Shown in pieces: positions 14,437 through 27,979 of a stretch of 64,000 nt of DNA (positions within the stretch are counted from its first letter, which is position 1; the number at the start of each line of letters is the position of its first letter). A program made the translations under genes and the position numbers. A model generated the notes under the pieces. It was not told the origin of the DNA. It made no database searches and was given only the letters and a program-made list of their open reading frames with translations. The DNA comes from Takakia lepidozioides (Eukaryota; Plantae; Bryophyta), in NCBI GenBank assembly GCA_030704615.1, contig CM060731.1:19654001-19718000 (forward strand). Direction: 5' to 3'.

Positions 14437-15219
14437 CCCTTAAAGGACGAGCTATTTTTTGGTGGGCCCACTAAAAAAGGGTGCATACCCTTATTGGGTG
14501 TAACTTCTTGCCCCCAATCATCCATGGAGATGGACCTTATACTTATGTGCATATCTACTAGATCCATGTCCTGTCAGAAATTTAGGCAAATTGACCGTTG
14601 CATTTGGGAGATTACAACAAACTAATATGCCCCAATTTGTAAATATATTCAAAAATTGCATGGAAAAAATTGTTTGACCACAAAATTGAAGTATCGAGTT
14701 GAATCTTTCTAGACAAAGGCCCTCCATAATATGATTATATGGCACCTAAACTACTGCCTCCCCAAAAAATCAGACCAAAATTCCAAAAATTCAGATAGGC
14801 TGCTTTGTATGTGAAATCTGGGGGGTAAATTATCTTGTTTTTGCTTCTTTCCCAAGTAAACCCATAAGGTGACATTTGTTTTCCAATTCCTCTGGTAAGT
14901 AAGTGCACAGGTGACATTTCATGATGCCTTGTCCAAATTTTTTGGCATTATGATAAATTTTCAGCCCTAGAATTTATCTTGTGCCTATTTGGCTGCCACG
15001 TCGGCGGGTCAACAGTGCTCTAACACTGGATTTCCTGAAACCCTGGCACTTTGCAAAATTCTAGGGAGCAGAGCTTTTATGATTTTTTGGCACTGTAAAT
15101 TCCCACATGTGATCCTCTCTGACATCTACAATTCATCTTCAAGGTTCACTTCCATCCACTATCATCCATGGGAACTGGAGCATGGCAAGTAATCTGACGC
15201 GACCTGAATCCGTTAGGGG
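14437..15219. mobile_element. Putative non-autonomous piggyBac-like element
   Basis: TTAA at 14433-14436 and 15220-15223. Left end CCCTTAAAGGA vs reverse complement of right end CCCCTAACGGA (9/11). No ORF. Confidence 0.5.
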
Positions 15220-15794
15220 TTAAAGGATAGGGCAAGTATGGTTGCTGCCTGGAGAAAGTAGACCCTACTCGCTTTGTAATTTTTTCTCTCTCCAGTAACA
15301 ACTACTATGATCTGGCAAAAGTCCAAAATATACTTCGGCAACAAAAATTATACAAAATGAAAGTGAAAAGGCAAATGGCTATTATTGCAAAATAACAATC
15401 TTACAAAACTAAATGCAAGCACCAGTAGAGTTACAAAACCTCCATTGTTATAGGAAAACAAAAAACTTCAATTTTCTCTGCACACCTTTGATTAAACAAA
15501 ACCAGTGTGTCTCTTGCTCCCTCTGCTGATCCTTGGACTCTCTCCTAGTGTGTATCTAAACATATGTCACAGTGGAAAAATGTTGTACGCAGCCAATGCG
15601 AACACAACAATCATAACTCAGTTCACAGTAACTACATATCCATAGAAGTACATTCTAAGCTTTGAATCTTATTGAGAGAAGCGCCCAGTTGTTTGGTTAC
15701 ACACATCATCAAACTTACAACACCTGATAGTTTGGATTATAGCCCAAAACAAAGTACACGTCCAGAATTGTGTAAAATAATCACCATGATGATT

Positions 15795-17290
15795 AAATAA
15801 ACAAATCATGCCAACCGAAGTTAGCGTAAATAAGAGCCTCTTCCCCAAGCGGGTACCGCCCCCTTTCGAGGAGGGTGGGCTCTATGAAGAAAAGACCAAC
15901 CGACCTATGAGCTGTGACTAGCTGGCTGCTTTCAATCCTACGTTTGTTGAGGATGAGAGCAATAGGTGATCTAATAGCTGAGAAGTGTAGGGTGTGGAGG
16001 AGGTTGGGTAGCGCATGAGCATGCTCACGTGAGCACAAGGGCATATTTCCCAAATTCCCATGAAATTTCCTGGAAATTTCCACAGCGAGATGAAATTGAC
16101 GAAATTAACAATTATGCGAAACTAACACATAAAGAACAAGTAGCCCCTATACCTGATGAACATGTTACCCTATAGGCACGACCTTTCTCCATAAGCTCAA
16201 CTTTAGGTCTTTTCCCTTGCCCAAGAAAAAAAAAAAAAAACAAAACAAAACAAAACAAACACCATGTATTATTTCGCACTACGAAATTTCGCCTGAGAAA
16301 CAATCAGATTGTGGCCACAACCAAAAAAAAAAAAAACCATGGATAATTTTGCACTGCGAAATTCCGCCCAAGAAGCAATCAGATTATGGTTAAAAGGACG
16401 AATATGTCACTTTTAAAGCCCCCACCCATTCCTTTTGGATGTAGGATTTTTGGGTGATGGGATTTTTGGGTGCGCTTGCTTAGTTTGTTCCCATATCACC
16501 AAGTATTTTTCAGTGCGAATTTCACCACGGCTTAGTTTGTGCCCATATCATCAAATATTTCTCAGTGCGAAATTCACCGCTGCTTAGTTTGTGCCCATAT
16601 CACCAAGTATTTTTCAGTGCGAAATTTACCGTTGCTTAGTTTGTGCCCATATCACCAAGTATTTCTCAATGCAAAATTCACCGCCGCTACTACAGGTTTA
16701 GGGTTTTTGGCTACACTACTGAAGGTTTCGCCTAGCTGAGTTGGCACAATTGTACTGTACAAATGCATCAGTCCTCTATACCCGCTTATGGTTTTAGTCC
16801 GTTTTGAAAACATATAACTCCGATGACCGAGGTTTAAAAAACATAAAACTTCCATGACCGTGGGTTGTGCTCACGTGAGCATGCTCACGCTGTGCTCACA
16901 GGATACCAACCTCCGGGTGTGGAGGAGTTTAATGGTGGTACAGGGTAATTCTAGGTTTCCTTTTAGGACATTAGGATTGTGGCTACGGCTGCCACCTTTG
17001 ACACTTAAAGTAATAATAGTTATTGGGGCGGTGTGCCAACCATGTTGGCGAAGGGCTAGGACCAATGGCTCATTATTTTTCTTGTGCATGTTTAGGATTG
17101 CTTGGTCTGGGTAGCGGTCATGGCAAAATGTGAATGGAATTATATGGATAGTGAAGGAGGGGCATGGGTCTGTCGGTGGTGTTGTTGAGGAGATAAGGAG
17201 TCCATGGACAAGTAAGATGTCATGGCAGAGACTCGCTAAGCACTGGCATAGGTGGGTGAAGCGCGTGTGTCATACACCTCACTTCGGTAA
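15795..17290 (-). mobile_element. 3' fragment of an RLE-type non-LTR retrotransposon (RandI/Dualen-like family), split by a MULE-like insert
   Basis: Minus translation CQCLASLCHDILLVHG...TIHIIPFTFCHDRYPDQA...EPLVLALRQHGW...IITLSVKG is homologous to the RLE region at 38034-38500. It ends in the structured 3' motif (15808-15882) and a T-rich tail. Confidence 0.75.
15999..16914. mobile_element. Non-autonomous Mutator-like (MULE) element
   Basis: 9-bp TSD GGGTGTGGA at 15990-15998 and 16915-16923. Terminal inverted repeats GGAGGTTGG...TGAGCATGCTCACGTGAGCACAA. Internal 52-bp tandem repeat x4 (16478-16685). Confidence 0.85.
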
Positions 17291-20169
17291 ATCATCTTCA
17301 TGTCATAGTTACTCGTTTGGTATGTACGCCTAACTTCCAAATTGGCCGCCGAGCCAACTTGGAGCTTCGACTGCTCACCGAGACATAACGGTCATTCCTT
17401 TGCTCCCCACGCAACTCTCAACTACGCGGGCTTAGTGGAGATTCCCTTTGGTTGTAGGCAGTCCGGAATAGCTCCCCAGCTTTCCGGCTCACTTGCTTGC
17501 TTCACTAGCTTTTGATCATTTAACGAGCTTGCATTGTTCTCAGGGTCATTATTCCCTATATATACTTTTGTAGGTATCGGCGGGGGTCTCACAAACAGCC
17601 TTGGGGAGGTCAATATATGTATTTTTTCCATATCACGTACGTACAAAGGTATATTTATACTAGGCTATATTTTTAATTATATTTTCTTCCACCTTATCTT
17701 TAGGTAATATTGTAAAACCCTTTGTTTAATAACACCCTATTTTTTATAATTTGTTTTTACAACAGTTAATTAGACCTTATTTTAAATTCTCTTTTTAAAT
17801 AATTACAAAATTTCAAAGCATGTACACAGACAAGTTCATTCCATATATAAGTCAAATGCCGACCCAAGAAAAAGCTTAATTTTCATTAGCCACGAACTCA
17901 TTCAAAGCCACAACATCACTTGGATCTAAAGAGTACAAGTTCTGAGATGGTTCAAATGTCATAGTCACCGTTGAGATTATGGTCTCAACCTCAATCCATT
18001 GTGTATCACTGGAATCATATTGACCTTTACTTGATTTCATCCTGATGGATTAGAGCTCGATGAAATATCAGAAACTTCCCAAGCATGGATACATTATACA
18101 GTAGATAAAACCCTTTATTACATTAATTTTTTAAGTAAAACTCTGGATTTTTTGTGATTTTTTTATAAAAGAAAATGGGGTGAAAAGATATTTCCCTGCC
18201 ATATTTTTTTAAGTAAAAGTTTTCTAAATTTTACCTCAAAAAAATAAACTACACCTTATATTTGTTCTCACGTGGTTTTGAAAATACAGTGAGTGACCTC
18301 CCTAGGCAAACAGCCCAAGTTTTTTTTGGTGAATCGCCACCGTGAACCTTGATTCCTTATGATGAGTCGCGGTAAGTCTTGGCCCATCCACCATGCCCCA
18401 ATGGACCATGGTGAGCCCCAAGACTCCTCACGACTCCCACCACAAGGGCTCAACCCTACATTGAATTATATGTCACCCCCACTACTACTCCCTAAGCAGC
18501 TACGACCACCCCACTTGGAGCCCGGCCCACTGCAATCCGGTTGCGAGGCTCCACCTAGTGAGTACCTCCGCCTTCTTGAATGTCTTCAGCACTCGAGAGT
18601 CGTTCAACCCCCACTCCTATTGCCGGCGCCACTCCTACTAGAGGAACATCAAGGGAACAACCCTTCTTGTGTCCCGATCCCCTGCCCTCAATGCAGACTT
18701 GGGTTGTGACATACACCCCTACGAACAAGGAATCGATGTCATCATCGACTTGTAATTCTTTTTTCTGGAAACTAACTTCCAAGACGACTTGTACCGAATG
18801 AAGCACGCACAATCGCGCGTGCTTCTTCAAATCATTCCCTTGCTGAAAGTGATTATTGACCTCGCTCCAAGACCTAACTAAACCATGTTTCACAATACTA
18901 TCAATAAATTATTATTCATAGGTTCAATAACGATGTGTCGAGACGTGCATCTGGGATTTGATCGGTCTGACGTTTTCTCTACCTACACCTTATCTACGGC
19001 CCCACGTTCATTGCGGCTATTTAATGCCATAGATGGCCGCCGGCTTATCACAATGGCCTTAAGATGCGGCCACTTTCGTCGTCGACTATACTTCTCTTGC
19101 ATTATTAATTCAACATTGGATTTGCTGCTTCTCTGGTGCTTTGGATGTCACATTCCAGATCTCGAATCAGTTAGTTATTCGCAGTGGCCGCAATAACTTA
19201 TGGACCCCTTAATGTTCGAAGGATTTCAGACTCCTACCTGAATTTCTGCTCTAGAGGACACATAATAGCCACTAGAATACATGAAAAAGCATATCAAGGG
19301 TGACATGTGTCGATCCATGACACTCCAAACGCACATCTGTAATGTGAACACAGTGACCTCAGACTGTTTGACAATCCGTATAAGAGCCTGCCCTGTGCAC
19401 GCATGCCATTTTTTCCTTCTCAGTTGCTCTGGCTCGCTGATCTTCAGGACTGTCTGTCTTACGTTCATTCTTCCCTTTGTACTCCTATCAATATTGAGAG
19501 CCTCTCCACTTTATCTGGGTTTATCTTCTGTCTCTCGGCTCCTCTGTTCCCATCCACTATCCGCAAAGATCTTACCTACACACCCGACCATTTTATGTAC
19601 TTCGAATGATCACTCGCACTACAGCTGTTTCGTTCATCCATGTTTTTATTCATTCATCCATTTTCTGTGTTGTCATCCAAAACTCATTTACCATTATTTA
19701 TCCGTCCTTCATTTCATCCATCTAAACCACGCGCGAACGCCCGTCGATTTAGTTATATTTCTGTTATGGAGTCGTAGACAATGTTGTACATTCGGGCCGT
19801 AGCTTTAGCAGATCCTTTTATTTTCTACAAATTTTTATTTCGACCAATAAAGACCTACATTCTACATTCTAGTACATAATCCGAGAGTTCGAGTTCTATT
19901 TTCAATTCATAAATCATTATAACCCTAAACGCGGGCGATCGCACGAGGTTCTTTTTCATCTTCTTCTTCAGTTTTTCTAAACAAACTTCAGTAACTTATT
20001 GTTTCACTCTTTCTTAGTGTCCATCGATATAGTGCCAAATCATTAATCACCAGCATCTCTACTGTAGGATATACGCGCAATTGCGCGAGGTTTGTGGAAA
20101 AGTCGTCGTTCCAAACTGGTCAAAAAAATTTCCTCACTCTTCAGGGCTCGAACTCTATCGTCGCAACAG

Positions 20170-23100
20170 CAGAATGTCTCAGGCTACGCCACAGTCAGAT
20201 TGGGCAGACAAAGCCCAAGAGGTTGTTATCTAGCAACCAAAGGATTTGTCTCCTACCTCCAAGCCTGATGTACCCAAGGTTGCAGTTACTGAGGACAATT
20301 GGGAACCAGATGTTGGACCTACAGTCACCGGAGGAGAGAGACGGAGGATCCAGCGATTTCTAAGGGCTTATAGAAATTGCTTTGCCTTCGGTTTGAAGGA
20401 TTTGGGGAGTTGAAGGGTCAGGAGATTCGTATTTATTTGGCAAGTGACACGCCAATCTTTCGAAGGCCCTACCGGTATAGTGACATGGAGAGGTCATTGA
20501 TCCAGTCACGGACTATGGAGTTGTTCGAAGCTGGATTGGTGGAGTTGTCAGGCGGGGAGTATGCCTCGGCAACGGTGATGCCAGCTAAGAAGGATATCTA
20601 TGGAAATTCCACAGAAAGAAGGATGTGTGGGGACTATCGTCCTGTGAACCGTCAGACTAAGTCCGATAGATATGTCATGCCAACTCCAGAGGAGATCTTT
20701 GATGCCATTGGACATGCTAAAGTGTTTAGCACATTGGATTTGCGATCCGGTTACCACCAGTTGCCAATCAAAGAGGCTGACAAGCAAAAGACGACATTCT
20801 GGGGGATTGACCAACATGGGAAGGATTGCTTGTACCAATGGCGGTTCTTACCGTTTGGGCTGAAGAATGCTCCTGCAGAGTTTCAGAGGGTCATGGATAG
20901 GATTCTCGCGGGGCTAGACTTCGCCCGGTGCTACATTGATGACATCATCGTCTTTAGTGCTACGGTTGAGGAGCATGAGAGACACCTTCAGGTGGTGTTT
21001 GAGCGCTTGAGAGCGCATGGGTTGAAATTGCACCCTGGGAAGTGCAAGTTCTTCCACAACCAGATTGAGTATCTGGGCCACATGATATACCCTGGAGGAT
21101 TGGGTGTTCAAAAGACGAAGGTGGAGGCCATTGCACGCATTCCACGCCCCATAGATGTTAGCAGAGTTCGTGCTTTCATGGGGTTGACAAACTATTATCG
21201 ACGGTTTGTCAAGGGATTTAGTAGCATTGCAAAGGCTCTTACCAAGTTGACCAAGGTGGGTCAGGAGTGGCAGTGGGAGGAGGAATAGGAGGAAGCCTTT
21301 GAGGAACTCAAGGCTCGATTGACTTCTGCACCTATTCTGAGGCGGCCTATTCGGGGGCAGCCTTTCCAGCTACATACGGATTGGAGTATGCTGGGAATTG
21401 GAGCAGTGCTCACACAGGTGGGGATGACGAGGGAAGAGGGTTCGTAGTGGCAATGCCAGCCGTTCGAACAATGATGCCGAGACGAAGTATAGCTCATATG
21501 AAGGGGAATGTCTAGCTGCGGTATGGGCAGTGACACATTTCAGATGCTACCTCTGTGGCAACCTCTTCACCCTTGTCACGGATCACCAACCATTGAAGTG
21601 GTTGATGGAGTCAGACAAGCTTAAAGGGAAGCTTGCACGGTGGATACTTATGCTTCAAGAGTACGACTTCCAGGTGGTGCATCGAGCCGGTATAGTCAAT
21701 CGGGATGCAGATGGGTTGAGTCGTAATCCATGCACGAGTGAGCATGATGATACTGGAGCTCGGTGGCATGGTGAGACGGATGAGGAGATGGTGCCAGGAT
21801 GGCACGCATTTGCCTTTTTGTGCATCCTAGCAATGGGAGCTCAAGCTGGTCTATCCCATAGCATTGGTCAAGTAGACAGTGTGCCTGACGATCCGGAGAT
21901 CAGTGAGGAGCTTGGTGGTGCTAAGGATGTGCACGAAGATGCAGCAGTGTTGGCCTACCTTCGTACAGGAGAGACAACAGTCAGTGTGACTGCTAAGGAG
22001 AGAGATCGGATCCTACAACGAGCCAAGAGGTTCAAGTGGGAAGGGACTCACCTACTTCGGGTATGGGAGGATGGACGTGTGAAAATTGTGCCTCATCCAA
22101 CACAACGAGCGCGATTGGTACGCCATGCCCATGAGGAATTGAGACATTTTGGGGTGCGGCGCACTCATAGTTTGCTGCAAGGGCAGTATTGGTGGCGGGG
22201 CATACACACGGATGTGCAACAGTTAGTGGCAAGGTGCATGGTGTGTGATAGAGTGCGGGCTTCTTTCAACGCCCCTACTCCACAATTGCATCCTTTACCC
22301 ATTATGGGTTTGGGTTATCGTTGGAGTCTTGACTTCGTAGGCCCATTGCCACTGACGATTCGCCATAACAAGTATGTGCTGGTGATGGTGGAACATTTCT
22401 CCAACATGACAAGGCAAGTGAGGGGGCTGCGTATGCATTCTTAGATCGAGTGCTTAGCCAATTTGGTGCTCCAGCCGAGGTACTCACGGATCAGGGGAGA
22501 GAATTTTTGGGGGAGTTTCAGGCTTTGTGTGAGCAAGCCTTGATAGATCACCGCACTACTTATCGGGATCATCCCGAGGCTGATAGCTTGGCGGAGAGAG
22601 TGGTTCAGACAGTCAAGAGAGGTTTGCGTAAGTACGGTTTGCAGAAAGGACACCTAGGAGATTGGGACCTTCAACTGCCTTGGCTAGCTATGGGCTATAG
22701 GTTCAGCAAACAAGCTTCACTTGCCTCCTTCTCACCTTACTTTCTTCTCTTCGGCCGAGAGCCGGATTTGCCTGCATCTATTCGTAGGGAGGCTGCAATA
22801 GTTCTCAACCTTGATGATCCGGATGTGTGGATACAAGCATGTGCCCAGCGGGCAGAGTTATTCAAGAGAGTCATGCCTATGGCTTTTGAGAACCTTGCTA
22901 TTGCCCAACGCCGAGACACATTGAGGTACGCCACTATACGTGGAGGGGGATATCGGCCAAGTGTTCGGCGTTTCCACCCTGGGGACTATGTGTATCTACA
23001 GCAGACAGCGCCTACGACCTTGGATGTCACAGCATGATGTGTGATTCTAAGGGTCAGGGAGGTGTTGCCTTCAGGAGTGTTGATTCTGGAAGGTCGAGAC

Positions 23101-23698
23101 GGCATGGTATTGAAGGACCATGTGCGCAATTGTGCGCCATGTCACCTTCCATATGTGGATGAGATGATAGATCCCAACCTTGCAGTGGTACCTGCAGGGT
23201 TATGTTGCATGCTATGTGGGCATGCTGGTGGCGCCGCAACCATGTTGGTGTGTGACAAATGCTCAAGGGGTGACACATGGGATGCTTGACACCGCCACTT
23301 GAGGAGGTTCCTATCGGAAAATGGTTGTGTCCACGATGCCTTGGACAGAGGTAGTGGGCATGACAATGGTGAGGCGGACAAGTGATCCAAGGTCTAGCTA
23401 GTGGGGCTTCAATGCCATGGATACTCAACTGAAGATCATGGATTGCATGAAGGCGACTAACGATAGGGCTACGTTTGCACCCGGCCTCTTGATCTATCGA
23501 CTTCAGGTGTTGGGACTTGTGCAATTGAAGACCAAGCGATGATCTTATTGAGATGGATACTTGTCAGCTATCCGGTGTTAGAGGGACCTAATCACCAGCT
23601 AGGGGGGCGATTGCGGCATAGCTGTCTAGGATTGTGTGCTTAGAATGTATGATGAACAACGATGTATGTTGTGGCACGATGCTTAGGTGCACGACAGC
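20170..23698 (+). mobile_element. Ty3/gypsy LTR retrotransposon pol (RT-RNase H-integrase-PHD), pseudogenised, with PPT and start of the 3' LTR
   Basis: RT motifs (RMCGDYRPVN, TLDLRSGYHQ, LPFGLKNAP, YIDD); RNase H (LHTDWS, TDHQPL, DADGLSR); integrase HHCC and DDE (SLDFVGP, TDQGREF, AERVV); PHD-like C-terminus. Stops and frameshifts near 21288, 21430, 22400, 23037 and 23270. PPT-like AGGGGGGCGA at about 23601, followed by TG. Confidence 0.95.
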
Positions 23699-24344
23699 TG
23701 TCATGGTTTTAGTCATGGTTAACTAGAATTACCTACTTCTAGTTAACTAGGACATTTTGGATATTTATATTTGTATTTTGTGTGTTGGGACTTCATTTGG
23801 TCTCACATGCCAAGTGAGGTATCAAACCACACTTGGGACATGGGGATGGGTTTTCCCCTTGTGAGTGTTGAGGAGGGCTCATCTTCTTGTAGTTGAGTCT
23901 CCATGAGCCTCTCCCACCTCCATAGCTCTAGGTATTGAGTGGGAGTGTGGTGAGGGCTCTGTAGGGTGGATTCCTTCAGCAAAGGTGCCCTTGGCTTGAC
24001 TTAGTTTATGTGATTGAGTGGATTCATGAGTGGAGTGTTTCCCTTGTGTTCACTTGCCCTTGGCTGAAGGAATCCACCCTACAAAGCCCTCACCACACTC
24101 CCACTCAATACCTAGAGCTATGGAGGTGGGAGAGGCTCATGGAGGCTCATCTACAAGAAGATGAGCCCTCCTCAACACTCACAAGGGGAAAACCCATCCC
24201 CATGTCCTAAGTGAGGTTTGACACCTCACTTGGCATGTGAGACCAAATGAAGTCCCAACAAACAAAATACAAATATAAATATCCAAAATGTCCTAGTTAA
24301 CTAGAAGTAGGTAATTCTAGTTAACCATGACTAAAACCATGACA
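23699..24344. repeat. 646-bp foldback: two ~287-bp inverted arms with a ~72-bp spacer and TGTCA...TGACA ends
   Basis: 23699-23985 is the near-perfect reverse complement of 24058-24344. Confidence 0.95.
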
Positions 24345-24349
24345 AACTC

Positions 24350-25520
24350 TAAGAGAGGTGTGGGAAGTGTTGAGTGTGAGTGTGCGATAAAGCTTGTTCA
24401 ATGTTTTGGGGCTTTTGCTGGGGAAGTCTGGTGTGTAACATTGTAGCAATCTAGAGTTAGGGCAACGGTTGTTGTAGCGGTCTACATATTTCTAGGGCAA
24501 AGGTTGTTGTAGGGGATATAAGTCATATGTTGGTTTTAACTGGGACTTTTTCAAAAGCGACGATAGCTTGTTAAGTGTTATATTTCCAATGTATGGTCCT
24601 AGTGATCCATAGACATGGGCCATGTTTGAGTGAATCTATATGTGGGGAGATGTATGTAGGATATCTCTGTCTGGGTTGCACTCCATAATAGTGAGATGTA
24701 GGTTTGGTAAATTTCTTGGTGGGTGGATGAAGCACTCATCTGTTTGCTATGGTTCTGTAGTATGTTGTTGGTGGGTGTGGGTTAGGGTAGGTTGTATCGC
24801 TGCAGCGGTGGTAGTCAGTTATTAGTTGGATGTTATGTCCAGGTCATAGTCTTCATGACAATCAAAGAGGTTGTCGTCTAAAGTACCCAAATACGGTTTG
24901 TATCAAGGCAATCTTTCTATTTACAGTGGTATAGGGTGGGGGTGCATGAGGATATACATGTATATATGTTTTTCAAGAAATGCCTTGGATTTCTTTGAGT
25001 TTATAAGCTTTGGGTGTATTGGTTTCTGTTGAGGGCATAGAGTTTGTGGGCACAATGGTGGTGTCTGCGGTTGTTCCTTCAGAGTGAGTGGGGCTTATCA
25101 AGTCATGCAGACTTATAAGCTTGGTGCCAGATCCATCTGTAAGATCGTATAGACATTGTATTTCATAAAGAATTTGAAGGTGTGTTTTTGCTATATTTTA
25201 CAGAACAGGGGACAGAGGGGTGTTTTGTTTGCGGCTGATATTGTTTGGATCAAAGATGGTTTGTTATGGGCTAGTATAGAGCCGCTTCTAGTGATGAGGT
25301 ATGAAGCATGTGGGTAGTGTGTATTGATGGTAATGTGCATATATTGAAGTATAAGAGAGTGGAGACTGTGTGCAAGCAAAGGGATTGATCGCATGCAAAT
25401 GTGTTAGGCCTTCATATTTAGAAGCAATATATAGGTGCAGGTTTACAATAGCTTTGACGAGGCGTACAGTTGAACTGTAGCCAATAAGATCCATTTGGAA
25501 ATCAGATGCTACAAAATTGG
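24350..25520 (-). mobile_element. Decayed internal fragment of the same non-LTR family as 41490-43755
   Basis: Minus strand reads DDNLFDCHEDYD...LPNLHLTIMECNPDRDILHTSP, matching EDDLFGSHDDCD...IPHIHVNTTECNPDKDIAHDSP at 41690-41925. Confidence 0.75.
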
Positions 25521-26098
25521 TCACTGCGGGAATCTGAAAATTGCCAAACACCCCAATCACTAACCACCATGGTTGACCCAGTTTGAGCTCGAGCACTGAT
25601 TTAATGGTGGCCCCTCAAATCCTGCCAATGTATTACTTAACCCAGTGCCTATTCAACATCGTACCACCACGCTCAAAAAGATGAGAAAAAATCTGGACTT
25701 TTTGCATCAAAAGGCATTCGCAATAGTAACGTTTATTTATATACTTCCAATCATTCTGAAAGCTTAGGAAATGAATAAAAGGCACAGGCTTCCACACACC
25801 CCCACCCCCGACCATACCAGTAAAGAACACCAGAAATGTAATTAAACATGTAGGATTATAAGCTGGTAGTTACACATTCTGTGGCAACGTGCAACAATAT
25901 ACACCAGATATTGACAAAGACACTTGACCACTCGCTCGAGCTTCTACTTACCAAATATGTTCAGGAACCAGATTCTTCACTGAATAATAGATAAAATTGA
26001 AGCAGATGACTAGTTTGAGCTAGAAACCAAATAACATCAGAGAGAGAGATTACACTACATATCAAGTGAACCAACAGACCTGCTTAATATGATCTCTC

Positions 26099-27979
26099 TC
26101 ATCCAACCATATGCTGCCACAGCTCAAATGGAAGTTCTTCATCACTGAGAAGGTCGTCCTCCTGAATAAACTTACTGTCCAGGCATGCCCCCATGATGCT
26201 AGATTCTGCATCTCCTGGCATCATTGAAAAACTTGGAATGCCCACCCTTTTCCTTCCGGGACGGATTGAATTCGTGCATACTTCTGCAGTAATATATCCA
26301 TCATAGAAATCGGCTTGACTATAGTCATCCTCCCAGGACTGGAATCTGTGAAGATCCAATGCAGGGTCCTGTGAGCACAGAACCAAGGGATTATGAGTGA
26401 GTGTATGTAACAAAAGTCATTTCATCACCATAACACATGTGATTGATCAACCAAACAAACTCAACTTGTTAAGAGCATGCTGACCTTCATTTCACAGTCG
26501 CTGTTCGCCATTCCTTGCTCATACAGCCATGAATTCCAGAGATCTTCGCTTGAGGCAATCAGCTGTTCAGTCTTAGAAGGTGAAGACCTCTCCAGGAGGT
26601 GGCCTTCATTCCAGTCGACAGGATAATAAGCCTTGCTTGTTTCACTACTGCGGAGGGGGGAGTCGTGCAGAATCGGCTCCAGGTTCATGGATTGTGGCGA
26701 TTTCAGTAAGGAGCTGTAGAGGTCCCAGACTTCGGAGTTTAAATCATGCCCATCATTTGATGAAACAGCGGATTTTCCCTCCATTGTGGAGGCCAACAAG
26801 CTGGGCTGCAACTCCTCAGAGATGCACCCATCAACTTGTACTCCCGCAGCAGGGTATGCAATTTCCTCAGCCTCAATATTGTGCTCCAAAGAGTGCACTA
26901 CATGAGAAGGCGTCACTTTAGCCCTCTTGGCAGCTTCTTGAGCCTGTTCCTGCACGAACACTTTGATCCTCTCCATCATTTCACGAGAGGAGTCCTGGAG
27001 AGACAGGTTGGGAGGAAGGGGAGGAAATGAGCCTTTGGAATCGGGAAAATTGAAAGGTATGCTCTTCCCAGTATAGAAGATTCCAGCGTCGTATGCACGG
27101 GCAGCTTCTAAAAGGGTGGAATAGCTTCCAAGCCAGATGGTCCGCTTCGACTTTCGAGGCCGAATTTCCACCAGAAATCCTTTCACCCCTGGACGTTTGC
27201 GGACTCCTCTGTACAGCCCCCGCTGGAATTCCGTTTCCGCCCCTTTCAAATCAGCCCCCCCAGGCTTCTTACGTCCAGAGCCTCGGGAAGACTTTGGCCC
27301 TGTTACTTGTTGAAGGTCTTGCTCCGTTTTGCATGATGCAGCCAAACTTTGCTTGCTCTCATGACACGGTAATTTAAGATCTCCGACTTCCTCAAGAGAC
27401 TTGACGCCGCGGTTAGTTGCCCTGGGCACCCTGCAAAGTAAAAAACACCAGTGATTTGCTTAGGACAAGCGCAAGGGAAGGAGCCAAGCAAGCAACGAGA
27501 ACAGAAACTGTTGAGGACGGGAAAAGATTTTGGTAATGGTCTTACACCAAATCCAACATTCAACCTACATATACACACCTTCATTCATGGGAAAAGGAAA
27601 AACAACCGATGACCTACGTAGAAGGATCTGGCCTGCTCTTGTTGAGACGACGCCGACGAGGTGTTCTCCTAGAGGCATTGCTGTTGCTCTTGCCCAAGTC
27701 GCTTCCTGCATTCGAGATTTCACAAGGATCACTCCCCAAGCCAGTTGGCAGAGGGACATTAGGACTATCCCCACAAACACCGACGTTGGCTTGCCCTTCG
27801 CTTGGCTTGGACAAATACGACGGCGATCTATCATGTAGGAGACAGCAAACGCGGTTCAGACATTCTTTTCGCAGGCCTGAACAATTGTGACACTTCGCCG
27901 CGGCAGGAAGGTGGTCGAAAATCTGTTGTAGCTCTTCACTTCTGCGACCAGAGGGAGACCGCTCCCTTGGATCCGGCAT
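26099..27979 (-). CDS. AP2/ERF-domain transcription factor (divergent), 3 exons: 27979-27618, 27430-26485, 26368-26099; 525 aa
   Basis: AP2 domain LYRGVRKRPGVKGFLVEIRPRKSKRTIWLGSYSTLLEAARAYDAG...NFP. GT-AG introns give an open 1578-nt frame. Acidic C-terminus ends ELPFELW. Confidence 0.88.
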
